A stretch of DNA of 64,000 bases from Octopus sinensis (taxonomy: Eukaryota), in NCBI RefSeq assembly GCF_006345805.1, contig NC_043008.1, forward strand, positions 76,942,001-77,006,000, written 5' to 3'. This document shows positions 25,861 through 38,067 of this stretch, in pieces. Below the pieces are notes generated by a model that saw only the letters and a list, made by a program, of their open reading frames with translations, made no database searches and was not told the DNA's origin. The translations under genes were made by a program, and so were the position numbers. Numbering within the stretch: position 1 is the first letter of the stretch; the number at the start of each line of letters is the position of its first letter.

Positions 25861-27320
25861 ACCATACATCTTTGTGCCTAATTATTAGTAACGGGTAGCC
25901 GAGACACGTCATACCAGCCGAGCTACGGTACGGTCTTTGACAGACCGCAAAAAAAAATGACATTTATTCTCAAGCAGGTATGTACAATATTTAAGAACAA
26001 TCTGTAGAAATGTTCCTGAAGAACGATGGACTGGAAATAGTGGCCTTTGATGCTTACGTCGACTGTTTGCTGGGAATAGCGGTACAGGAAATGGTCTGGT
26101 GCAAAACGATCACCGTGAAAGAGATAAGTCTCAAGCACCGGTTAATCTTTCCTAAGAATTATATTATCTACAAGTGGCAGCAGAACGGAATAATTCTCAG
26201 CCTTTGGAGTCGCACAAATGTGTGCGAGTCCTAGAAAGATCCATTGTGTGCAATCTCCACTTTATGATATCCGCCGTGAAAAAACTCTGAAGTCATATGA
26301 CTTAAAAATTGAATCAAATATGAATTTTTTCTTTTTGTTTTTAGCTACTGATGGATAGTTTTTCTGCTGAAAAGCTTTCAATTTAATTTTTAGTTGACAA
26401 TCAATTAATATAGGAAGCTATTTTTTCTGATAGTTTCAAACCAATATCATTTGGGATTTATGTGAGATTGTTTTGAATTTAATCATAATTGTCCTATACT
26501 AAAAGATAGTAAATAATAATTCCGTTTCTTTTCCAGAGTTGTTAAGTGCTCAATTTTGACAGCAGTCATTTATTTCAATGAATTTTACTAATTAAAGGAA
26601 TCGTTTCAGCATTATCATATCTAAATTTTCTGTTCCAAATATCTATTACTATTTGAAATCCCCCCAGTTTCACTGTAGATTTTTGCGAGCTTTTCCATTA
26701 TTTTCTTTTTTTATAGCACCCTCCACCTCAACAACTATTTCTTTTCGATAGGTGACTAGTAAATGTCGGTGTTGTGAAATATGTGAACACAATTGTTTTC
26801 AGACAAACATATCTCTATTGGCCTGTTTTTTTTAAATAAAATTAATCATTTCGACAACTTGATTTAAACTTTGTTTTATTTCCACTGTGTTTACAATCAA
26901 GTTTTCTCTATGTAAAACAGTGGGTGGTATTAACATCCATATCTTGCTTTGTAGAAGAGTTGTAAAACCATTTCATGCAGTCTACTACTACAGGGAACTC
27001 ATTGGTACAAACATTGATTTATGGCACCCATGATAATTCTCATTTGGCGTGGTAGTTATTTAAATTTTGTGAAATGGTTTCACCTTTTGAAGAGTCCAGC
27101 ATTTCTTTGCAGAAAAAAAAAAAAAGACTATTTGATCATGATTAATGAAACGAAGATTAGTAACTGATGTTTATTGACTCAACAATTTGCCAAATCGAAT
27201 GAAGAATTTTACTTATTTCTTGTTCTGCTTCATTTCCTAACGCTGTATTGAATTTTTTCTTCCTTGTTTTGTGTTATTTTCCTTGGTAAGTATTTATTTA
27301 TAAAATTTAAATACTGCTGG

Positions 27321-27510
27321 TCATCGTCGAGACGTCAGGTGTTCTTGGTCCCCGTACTACCGATTTCCTCCGCAAAATAGAGATAACAGTGACCCGTCGG
27401 AGAAATTAGCTCCGAGAAGTGGAGTGGCTGCTGCAGCGAGTGTCGCTGACCATTCTCCGCGACAACGCCATCGTGGTCATTACCGCAGGCACGGCTGAGC
27501 ACATCAATTG
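27321..27510 (+). mobile_element. CRE-like non-LTR element C-terminal fragment
   Basis: VETSGVLGP....FLRKI....REVEWLLQRVSLTILRDNA resembles the ETxG..LxQRLSxxxxRGNA terminus of CRE-clade RLE elements. Confidence 0.6.
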
Positions 27511-28059
27511 TTCTGGAGTATGTGGCCCATCACTTCCTCCCCTCCATCTTCTGCTGCTTTGCCCCACCCTTTTTTTTCTTACCTTAATTTATAGGCAAAA
27601 TATGGGACTTCATTATTTTTTACCTTTACTTTTTCTTTTTTAACATTTTGCGAATTTTAAAAGATGCGATACCAATTTTTTTATAACTTGTTATCAGATT
27701 TTTTTTTTAATATAAGTGTGTTAGTTTTGAAAAACTTGCTTACGAAGATAGTTTTAGTCACTTTCTTAGGATGAAGCACGTGCTTCTAGAGATCGTTAGC
27801 GTAACTTTGGAGCTGTAACCCTTCAGCATACTTGAAGTGCGTAGGATCCGAGAGAAAAGTATGTAAGGTAGCCACAGCAAAGCAATGATCGGTCGACTCG
27901 ACAAATGAAAGATGGTTATAGCCTAGAAGGTGAAAATGGTATTAAAAGTATTTGTAGTGTCTGTGTGTCGGTTATAGAGGCGTGTCGAGAATGAAATAAA
28001 GAATTGGAATTGGGAAAGATTCGGTTTGAGTATTGCAAAGAACTTTACAATCACTAACT

Positions 28060-29570
28060 CAGACATGACATTAAAGTACTGGAGAATTAAAACAACAATA
28101 ACAACAGAATACTTGGGGTTACTCCAATTCTTGAGGAGAAAGTCGAAAAGGCAGTGTACATGCTCAAAAATTGGAAATCCCCAAGAGTGTATAAATCTCC
28201 TCAGAGCTTCTGAAATATCGGGGCTTGAGCAAAGTTTATCAAGACACTAACAGTTATCTGTCAGACGATATGAGGGACGAAGCAATAGCCAAAGGAGTGG
28301 ACCCAATCAGAGATGATTTTTATTTTAAAGAAAGGTAGTTTAAGATTCCACCAGGTTATTGTACAATCAGCCTTATTAGCCACCCCAACAAAGTTTTGCA
28401 ATACAGTCTTAAGTGGGAGGCAGAAGAAATCCTTGCAGAAGAACAGGCAAGATTAAGTCCAAAAGGACTGCTCATTGAGAAATATCTGCAACACTGTTCT
28501 GACATCTATCACAACTTCCTTGATTTCAATGAGGGCTTTGACCATATTTGGTATGATGGGCTGTGGCAAGAGGTGAAGAATTATAACTTCAATAACAGCC
28601 TCATTGAAGTAATCCAGGTACTGCATGGAAACTTAGATAGTGCAGTTCCTCTGATCATCAACATCGAAGAATTCTTCCGGACAACTGGGCGTTTGACAAG
28701 GATGTCGCTTTGCTCAAGTGCTTTTGAACATCATCCTGGAGGATATCATGCAGAAGACACTCCAACACACCCACCTTTCTGTCTATATTGAAGGACAACC
28801 CCTCTCCAGCCTGCGCTTTGCTAATGGTATTGACCTGTTAAGGAGCAGTGAAGCAGGATTCAAGGAACACACCTCCAGACTGGAGAAAGTATCAGGAACA
28901 TATGTGTTGGACACCAGCTCAGAAAAGAGCAATACCTTGGTTAATTGTTACATCCAGAACCAACATCGTGTTGAACGGAGAGAGACTTGACAAAGTGCTC
29001 ACCTTCAAGTACCAAGGATCCACTTTGACAAAGGATAGCAGATCACGAATGGAGATAACAATGAGACTCAGTTTGATCTCTACTGCCATGACGAAGCTAA
29101 GCACCATATGGAGAAGCAATTCCATTAATTCTCAAACAAGACGCAAAGTGTGCAAGTTCCTGGTGACGTCGATCTTTTTATAAGAGTATGAGAGCTGGAA
29201 TCTTACAGCTGACATGGAACGAAGTATCAAGTGCTTCAGAAGGCTGCTACGTATCCCGTACACAGAAGGCAAAACGAACAGCTTCGTCAGACAGCAAGTT
29301 GACAATTACGTTGTCAGTCAGTAACAACTCCTTGCGCAGGTAAAAAGACGAAAGCTTGTCTGGTACGGTCACGTATCCCGCCACAACCACCTGTTCAAAA
29401 CTATTCTTCAGGGCACAGTTGAGAGAGGGTGAGAGAGGCACAGAAAGAGAAAATTCTGGTCTGACAACATCAATGACTGAACAAGTCACAACACCGCGAC
29501 CCTGCAACACATGACAGAAAACAGAAAAGAGAAGGGACAGCTGGCTGCAAAAGTGTCTTGAGTGGCACCC
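28060..29570 (+). mobile_element. Decayed RTE-clade LINE, RT domain and C-terminus
   Basis: EWTQS..ISLISHPNKV, EILAEEQA, NFLDFNEGFDHIWYDGLW, NIILEDIMQ, LSSLRFANGID, FKYQGSTL, QVKRRKLVWYGHV and KTILQGTV, broken by frameshifts. Confidence 0.88.
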
Positions 29571-30292
29571 TAATGATTGGCTATACCATGTAAGGGAAAC
29601 TAGACACTTATGATGAAGTGATTTGTATGTACACACACACACACATGCACACACACACATACACACACACACAACACAGATACACACACACATACGTTTG
29701 TATGAATCTGTATATGAATGCGTATATCCATGTGTGTGCGTACTTTCTCATCTATTAAATATCCATGCAGCTGATCAACATTCTACTTCAACCTTCTCTG
29801 TATAAAATCGATAATTAATTCGGCAATTTCACATACACTCTCTCGATCGAGTAGATCACCTCACTCAATATACTTTAACCTGTTATCGAGATTTATATCA
29901 CAGTTAAACGGAGTTGAACATTAACTCAACATATATTACTATTGTGAAACTACACATTAAACAAATTTACTCACGTGCAACTCATACTCCACCAAACAAT
30001 ACAATGTAATCCGCTCATAACTCTCGATTTTCACTGACTGTCCTATCAGATCTTGGTGTAGGCAAGGGATTAAAGTTTCTTTCTCGATCCTATTATTATC
30101 GACTCCTGGAATAATGTAAAGACAAAGCGACCTTGACAGTAATCGAACTCACAACATCATAGAACGTTACTAAAAATTACTCGAAATTTTACCCGAAGCA
30201 GTTTAATATCCATCATTTGAGGAATTCTTTAATTTTACCAGAATTTCTATCCCACTTTTTCACTGTGCAGTTGCCACATACACACACATGTG

Positions 30293-30340
<48 letters not shown>

Positions 30341-30553
30341 TTAAATATGTATATATATAGCAATAATAAATCTCTAAACGAAATATAAACAGTAACTGCT
30401 CTATAACATAAGGGGCATCAGCCATCTGAATGTGGCTAGGGACAGGGCAGGGTGGAGGGGGTGTTACTGATGCATTTAGCCCCAGGCGATCATCAACGTC
30501 ACCAGGGGGGCTAGCCTTTAAAGGGAGATCATTCCCCGAAGACGCGGATGCTA

Positions 30554-30597
30554 CATACGAACCAGGTTTCAAGGTATTTGCCTATTATCAACGCATG
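30554..30597 (-). ncRNA. Type I hammerhead motif, U3-A8 variant, GUU triplet
   Basis: Minus strand CAUGCG-UUGAUAA-U-AGG(CAAAUA)CCU-U-GAAAC-CUG-GUU-CGUAUG. Confidence 0.65.
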
Positions 30598-30907
30598 GTA
30601 AGCACCGTTCTCCGACGAATAACTCTCCGTACAGGCTATATATTTAAGGATTTTCACAGTAAACACATTTACTGATGTAGAAAAACCGTTCGAAAGCAAT
30701 AATAAATCTCTAAACGAAATATAAACAGTAACTGCTCTATAACATAAGGGGCATCAGCCATCTGAATGTGGCTAGGGACAGGGCAGGGTGGAGGGGGTGT
30801 TACTGATGCATTTAGCCCCAGGCGATCATCAACGTCACCAGGAGGGCTGACACCATTTCGGTGTCCTCTAGCCTGTACGGAGTTATTCGTCGGAGAACGG
30901 TGCTTAC

Positions 30908-30951
30908 CATGCGTTGATAATAGGCAAATACCTTGAAACCTGGTCCGTATG
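30908..30951 (+). ncRNA. Type I hammerhead motif, U3-A8 variant, GUC triplet (predicted cut after 30945)
   Basis: CAUGCG-UUGAUAA-U-AGG(CAAAUA)CCU-U-GAAAC-CUG-GUC-CGUAUG with a 6-bp stem I and a quasi-palindromic ACC-U-GGU stem III. Confidence 0.75.
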
Positions 30952-31254
30952 TAGCATCCGCGTCTTCGGGGAATGATCTCCCTTACAGGCTAGAGGACAC
31001 GAGATGGTGTCAGCCCTCCTGGTAACGTTGATGATCGCCTGGGGCTAAATGCATCAGTAACCCCCCTCCACCCTGCCCTGTCCCTAGCCACATTCAGATG
31101 GCTGATGCCCCTATGTTATAGAGCAGTTACTGTTTATATTCGTTTAGAGATTTATTATTTCGAAAGGTTTTTCTACATCAGTAAATGTGTTTACTGTGAA
31201 AATCCTTAAATTATACCTGTACGGAGAGTTATTCGTCGGAGAACGGTTGCTTAC

Positions 31255-31298
31255 CATGCGTTGATAATAGGCAAATACCTTGAAACCTGGTCCGTATG
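31255..31298 (+). ncRNA. Type I hammerhead motif, U3-A8 variant, GUC triplet (predicted cut after 31292)
   Basis: Identical motif to 30908-30951, located 347 nt downstream. Confidence 0.75.
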
Positions 31299-33198
31299 TA
31301 GCATCCACGTCTTCGGGGAATGATCTCCCTTTACAGGCTAGAGGACACCGAGATGGTGTCAGCCCTCCTGGTGACGTGATGATCGCCTGGGGCTAAATGC
31401 ATCAGTAACACCCCCTCCACCCTGCCCTGTCCCTAGCCACATTCAGATGGCTGATGCCTCTTATGTTGTATTATATATATAGATATATATATATTATATA
31501 TATATAATATGTATGTATATGTATACATGTATCTATATATATAGTGTGTGTGTATATGTGGTGTGTGTGTGTATATTTATATATATATATAAATATATAC
31601 ACACACACACACGCGCACACACACACATAAATATATATATATATATATAGTTCAGCACGAAGAGCGCAACACACGCACACGTATACACACACACACAAAT
31701 TTACGTGAGTGTAGATGTGTGTGCGGTATCAGTGTGACTAAATATAGTGTTCATGACCAAATGATAAAAGACCAGAGTGCTAGATATCACATGACTTGTT
31801 TATCGCGATCAACAACTTACTAACATCTCTATCAATATATACACACACATACTCACACACATACACACATTGATAGAGAGCATTCATTGGGACTGGAGAG
31901 TAACATTTGCCGCCATTCAAGTATCTTTCCTCCATTGTCAAAGCTGGAATTTACAATATCCACCCCTTGTCACTGTTACTGCCCCCAGTACACTAGACAC
32001 TCAATGAAAAACAGCAACCTTATCTGAGTTTGCATGTGGGTGTAGATGACTGGAATTGTATGTGTACGTGTGTATTTATTTATTTCTATTTTTGTTTTCC
32101 AATCTTATCTCGAGCAAATTTTTCCCTTGATCTATTTTTTGCAATCCAGAAACTCATAGGAAATAGGCGAAAGCTTCCACCCAGATTCTACTGTTGTAGA
32201 TGTAGTAACTTCTACCCGACATCTCAAAATTATTTCGTAAATAACAATAACTAACGAAAAGGGAAGCTGAGCATATATGTAATAGCTTAAAGTTACATAG
32301 CTTCCATTCAACCTTCCTTGGAAACGCCCGTAGCACGATTTTAGTCCATTCCCTTCACATACCGATTTATACTCGCATAGTTAGCAACATTTTTTGCTAT
32401 GTATTGGAATTGTAAATTGGCAGCCAGCTTACTTGAATCTGTATTTAATTCGATATGGTACGAAGTGTCTGATATATGTTGATTAATAAACTTTATTGAT
32501 CAATCATTATCTGCTTTGTGTTATATATACAACTCACCTCAATATATCTCTGGTTGAGGCTAACCAACTGCCTGTACAACGACCATTTTGGATCTCACTG
32601 CTTTTATCTCATATCTATATCTCTCTCTATTTCCCTCTGTATGTATGTATCTTCTATTTTTAATCATAAATTTTCCTCTGAGGAGGGAGATGGTTTCCAA
32701 CAAAGATGCAAGACTCCATCTTCGAGATGTAGTTAACACAAACAAATTCACATTTGGAACTTGAGAAAAATCTTGCATATTTTTACAATTCCATTCACAG
32801 ATTGTACTTGTAATGTACGAATTAGCCGGTTGTTTTCTCTTTCTGAAAATCCCAGTTTATTCAGATTCTTCTTTAAAATTTTACTGACAAAATCTTGTGC
32901 TCCGATTATTATTGGCATAAATATGAATTCATAGTCTGGATATAGAAGCTGGAGGTTTCAAAGCAGTTGTCCATAGATATCCCTTTTCCTTTGAATTTTC
33001 TTTGATATTTGCAGGACAGATATGTATGCATGTATGTATGTATGTATGTATGTATGTATGTATGTATGTATGTATGTATGTATGTATGTATGTACGTACG
33101 TATGTATGTATGAGCGGTCAGTTGTCTACAAGGCAGAGAAGTAGTAAACTCGAATAGTTTTATATATGTCGAATTGGACATTCTTCTTGGTTATGGCA

Positions 33199-33299
33199 TA
33201 TAACCGGTCAGAAGTTACCATTTATTTCGCTCCAATTCCCTTTTGATTCTCTTTTTCTCTGGCGATGTCAAACCAATGGTAACTTTCTGACCAGTTATA
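33199..33299. mobile_element. Very small MITE (~100 bp, ~24-bp TIRs, TA ends)
   Basis: TATAACCGGTCAGAAGTTACCATT at the left and AATGGTAACTTTCTGACCAGTTATA at the right. A related left end lies at about 40200. Confidence 0.7.
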
Positions 33300-33339
33300 T
33301 ATATACTATGTAGGCGTTTGTGTGTGTGTGTGTGTGTCT

Positions 33340-33555
33340 GTCTGTCTTTCTACGTGTGTTTGTTTTTCTACCACAGCTTGACAACCGGTACTGATGTGTT
33401 TGCATGCCCATAGATTAGTGGTTCGGCAAAAGAGACCGGCAGAATAAGTCCTAAGCTTTTAAAATAAGTCCTGGGATCGATTTATTCGATCAAAAATTGA
33501 AGGCGGTGCCCGGCATAGCTGCAGTGTAATGACTGACAGAAGTAAAAGATAAAAG
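33340..33555 (+). mobile_element. SINE family B tail
   Basis: GCTTGACAACCGG..GGTTCGGCAAAAGAGACCG..TGACTGACAGAAGTAAAAG. Confidence 0.7.
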
Positions 33556-33558
33556 GCA

Positions 33559-33701
<143 letters not shown>

Positions 33702-33829
33702 CGCTAGTCACTATGCACTTCACATTGTTTTAGCCATCGAATGATACCATCCCTCTGGCTAGGCGAGCAGGACTGTGTGTTTTGCCTGTCTGTACATGTG
33801 TCTGCTTGTCAACGAGGTGAACTCGGGCT

Positions 33830-34880
33830 ATCTAGGGTGGTTTCCTTTTGGGGGGGGGGACTGGTGGTGATGTATGCTGTATGAGTGTACCTTGTGTGTT
33901 GTGTGCTTGCTGTATAAACTCCTTTGTTTTGCTGTTCTTCCCCTTCTTCTTTGTACTTTTAGTGGGTGTATTTACTGTTTTCTTTCTTTTCCTTTTCGAT
34001 ATTTCGGCGAATCCCTCCTCCTCTTTATCCTCCATACTCTCCTCCTGGGCTCGGGATGCCGTTACTGTACTCCTACTTTGTTCTTCCTGGTTCTCTGTGG
34101 TTTCATTGTTTATTTGGAGGCACTTTATTTTAATGTGGCAGTAAGTGGGCGGTCTTCTCTCTACCAACACTCTCACCTTTGTATCTTCAGGAAATAGCAC
34201 CTCTTCTGCTATTTCATTCAAGTCTTGCCGGGTGGCATGGATAACCATTTCTAGGCCGTAACTTCACCCATTCATTTTCTTAGTTCTTGCAACTTGGATT
34301 AGCTTTGCGTCCTCTTTGGTTCCGTATATCACGGCTGTCACCAGCCACGCTTCTTCGATTTCAGGTGGCACCCTGCCGATCCTAATTCTTGCAACTCTTT
34401 TGCCGCAATAGGTCAGCAGGAGCACCCATTCTTGTGATCTCAGCGGCACAGTGGAGGGATTTACTGCCTCTTCTTCGGAGGCAAACCTCACCTCCACTGT
34501 GCCATATCGTCTCCCTCTAGTGTAGAATGTCACTTTTTCCGCATATTTCTCAATGACTTCCTCTGATGCCATCTCAATTTTCTTATTGGTTATGGACCAC
34601 GTTCTGTATACCACTGTTCTCCTCGTTCTACTGGTTACTTCCTCTAGAGGAGTTAACCTTAAACTTGAGCCCTACTTCTAGATCAATTCCTTGCAACTCT
34701 CCAGCTTCAGCGCATTCGTCGCAGTGGTGCGGTTTCCAGCCGCCGAAGTACAGCACCAGGCATGGGCTTGTTCCGGTTCGCTATTCATTTTCCCAAGTCT
34801 CTTCGCCCCTAAATGGGGGAAAGAAAACAAACAAATACACAGGGCCACAGGCAAAACGGCAACAGTCTTCAAAAAATCTC
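33830..34880 (-). mobile_element. L1/Tx1-like LINE ORF1 pseudogene with 5' UTR
   Basis: RRYGTVEVRFASEEEA..VARIRIGRVPPEIEEAWL, then KVRVLVERRPP (eroded zinc-knuckle position) and a basic low-complexity tail. There is one internal stop. Confidence 0.6.
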
Positions 34881-35379
34881 GACAATAGGCACTAAGCTTT
34901 CAACAGTGAGACAAACAAGAATACTCAAAGGAATCACAAGGATTTAAACAAAAGAAAGTAACACCTACTCTGCTACCAAAACGTTCAATTTCCTTATTAG
35001 CCACTATGGGCCAACACAGAGGGGACAGCACAAGGGCAGAATATCCAAAGTGGAGACATAAAACATAAACGAGTGAATTAAATGAATTATATAATTAATG
35101 AGTGTGGAATGGCTACCTCTGAATGAGGTAGGGGAAAGAAGTACTCAGCAAAAGTACAACAATAAATCAACAATTGTTCAACAATTTCAACAACAGGTAA
35201 AACCCCTTAGGTGGGGCCTTCAAGAAAAGATAACTTATCTGCAACGGTTAGTTCATTCTTCCAAACCCGCAGAATTGTCAATGACTCTCGCCACAACACT
35301 AATCAATATTTATTACCAAACAGTATTTATTATTGGCTAACATTCATTACTGATCAATATTCCTTACTAACCAAGGTGG

Positions 35380-35585
35380 GGAGTTGGTAGAATCGTTAGC
35401 ACACCAGGCAAAATGCTTAGCAGCATTTCGTCCGTTTTACGTTCTGAGTTCAAGTGCTGCCGAGGTCGACTTTGTCTTTCCTTTCGGGATTGTCGAAATA
35501 AGTACCAGTTGAACACTGGGATCGATGTAATCGACTTACTGCCTAACCTGAAATTGCTGGCTTTGAGCCGAAATTTGAAACCGGT
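35380..35585 (+). mobile_element. SINE family A copy inserted in a 17-bp minisatellite
   Basis: Homology to 19331. It is followed by about six TATTTATTACTAATCAG-like units (35590-35690), with eroded units also upstream. Confidence 0.75.
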
Positions 35586-35844
35586 AATTATTACTAATCC
35601 GTATTTATTACTAATCAGTACTTATTACTAATCAGTATTTATTACTAATCAGTACTTATTGCTAATCAGTATTAATTACTAACCAATTCAAAATTGCAAA
35701 GTCTTCGAGAGATCTAGCCGACGTTATTTATTGAAGTTTTAAAAAAATTGAAATATCCTGTGTATTGTAGAAGTAAAATCAATTTATGCACACACATTTT
35801 GACAACAAAATCTTACACGGACCCCCAAGTGTCATGAGGCACCC

Positions 35845-35859
35845 GGTTGAGAACCACTG
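35845..35859. mobile_element. Solitary hAT/Charlie-type terminal inverted repeat
   Basis: GGTTGAGAACCACTG (reverse complement CAGTGGTTCTCAACC) followed by ATCTAGTG, close to the NTCTAGAN target preference. No left end was found. Confidence 0.45.
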
Positions 35860-36127
35860 ATCTAGTGTGAGGTTTCTCCATCTATTTTCCAAGATGTTGA
35901 CCTTCTTCAGTATCTTCTTGATGCAGTCTTTACACTCAAATTTCCATTTGTATTCTGCTTTATTACCCTGAGCTAACTCACCATATAGGAATTACTTGGG
36001 AATCCGATCATCTACCATCTTGATCACACCGTTATAATCGGGGCTGAAATACTAGAGACTCCTTATTGAGGGACTGACTGGCCTTCGAGGACATCGCTTA
36101 CATAGATTTGCTATCGGATACCCAGTA

Positions 36128-36136
36128 CACATACAT

Positions 36137-36169
<33 letters not shown>

Positions 36170-36360
36170 TACATACATACATACATACATACATACATAC
36201 ATACATACATACATACATACACACATGCATACATACATACATACATACATACATACATACATACATACACATGCATACATAATACATACATACAACATAC
36301 ATACATACATACATACATACATACATACATACATACATTACATACACACACACACACACA

Positions 36361-36391
<31 letters not shown>

Positions 36392-36414
36392 CATACATAC
36401 ATACATACATACAT

Positions 36415-36447
<33 letters not shown>

Positions 36448-36515
36448 TACACACACACACATACATACATACATACATACATACATACATACATACATAC
36501 ATACATACATACATC
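36128..36515. repeat. Compound (TACA)n/(CA)n microsatellite
   Basis: Direct reading. It is the source of several spurious ORFs. Confidence 0.95.
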
Positions 36516-37218
36516 TGCACAAATATGCATTCATACAGACATGGATATCACGTGCATGCACTTCCAAACTTTAATACACCTAGACATTTATGCTCCAGTA
36601 TGGTATTGGCCGTGACTGCTAAAAAGCATGTGAGTGTGTGTGAAGAACACGACAAAACTGGTGATGCTGATGGTGGTGGCGGTGATGGTGGTGGCAGTGG
36701 TGGTGGTGGTGGTGGAAAGGTGATGCTGATGGTGCTGGTGCTGATAGTGGATTTAGTAGAAACATAGATTATGGAGAAAATGTCAGTTATGCGGGTAGAT
36801 TCAGTCAACGAGGTACTCACACACAGACATACATATACATACATGCACACACATCCACACAACCACATTTACATTTCATAATAAAGAATAGCTGATGTAC
36901 AAGATGTGTGTCAATAGGTAGACGAATGGTGATTACAGGCAGGCGGACGGAAAAACCGGCAGAAAGACAAATAGACAGAGAGACACATGTGGGCATATAT
37001 AAGAGAGATGTAAGAATGAGGGAGAGAGCGAGAACACTTGGTGGGCGGAGAGGTGTACTGACAGGTGCGTATATTCACACACACACACACACACACACGT
37101 ACATGCATGTATATACATACATACAAGCGCTTGTTTGTATATGTGTTTATGCATATGTGAGTCAATTATAAACTCTACATTCATGTATTGAATATTTCCT
37201 ATCTATGCGTTTGTGTGC

Positions 37219-37264
<46 letters not shown>

Positions 37265-37377
37265 ATGCGTGCGTGCGTGCGTGCGTGCGTGCGAGCGTGC
37301 GTGCGTGCGTGCGAGCGTGCGTGCGTGCGTGCGAGCGTGCGTGCGTGCGTGCGAGCGTGCGTGCGTGCGTGCGTGCA

Positions 37378-37570
37378 TTTGTTTGTCCCCCACCATCGCT
37401 TGACAACCGATGTTGTGTTTGCGTTCCCGTAACATAGCGGTTCGGCAAAAGAGACTGATAGAAAAGGTACTAGGCCTACAAAAAATAAGTCATAGGATCA
37501 ATTTCTTCGACTAAAGATGGTGCACCAGCATGCCGCAATCAAATGATTGAAACAAAATGAATAAAAGAAT
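37378..37570 (+). mobile_element. SINE family B tail, preceded by a (GT)n/(GCGT)n tract
   Basis: Homology to other family B tails. Confidence 0.75.
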
Positions 37571-37574
37571 ATGT

Positions 37575-37624
<50 letters not shown>

Positions 37625-37626
<2 letters not shown>

Positions 37627-37873
37627 TTTTATTCTTTTACTTGTTACACTCATTTGACTGCGGCTATGCTGGAGTACCGCCTTGATGGGTTTTAGTCAAA
37701 CAAATTGACCTTAAGACTTACTTTTTAAAAGCCTAGTACTTATTTCTGTCGATCACTTTTGCCGAACTGCTAAGTCACGGGGACATAAATACGCCAACAC
37801 CGGTTGTTAAACGGTGATTGGGGGAGGGGACAAACACAAAGACACACACACATATAGATATACACACACACAC

Positions 37874-37928
<55 letters not shown>

Positions 37929-38045
37929 ACGGGCTTCTTTCAGTTTCCGTCTACTAAATCCACTCACAAGGCTTTGGTCGGCCCGAGGCTATACCAGAAG
38001 ATACTTGCCCAAGGTACCATGCAGCAGCTGAGAAGTAGGCTTCTT
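37625..38045 (-). mobile_element. SINE family B copy
   Basis: Collinear with 18115-18540. Confidence 0.8.
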
Positions 38046-38067
38046 ATCACATACATATACATATATA

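Larger units (their letters stand above)
30360..31467. mobile_element. Retrozyme-like array of ~350-nt hammerhead-containing monomers in tandem and inverted arrangement, flanked by TA-rich repeats
   Basis: Direct repeat with period 336 (30361 vs 30697; the first unit lacks 21 nt), an orientation flip at about 30877, then a second tandem pair with HHR spacing 347 nt. Three HHR motifs and no meaningful ORF. Confidence 0.85.

Noticed and set aside
31029-31106. C/D-box snoRNA reading (UGAUGA ... CUGA) inside the retrozyme monomer
   Set aside because: There is no terminal stem, and the D box is absent from the 53-kb relative.
35590-35690. Short direct repeats considered as a CRISPR-like array
   Set aside because: The units are contiguous with no unique spacers and the context is eukaryotic, so this is a minisatellite.
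36052-36767. Long ORFs such as the 219-aa HTYI-repeat frame, and the many CV, YI, SL and poly-K/L/I frames elsewhere
   Set aside because: They are translations of microsatellites that lack stop codons, with no coding signal.
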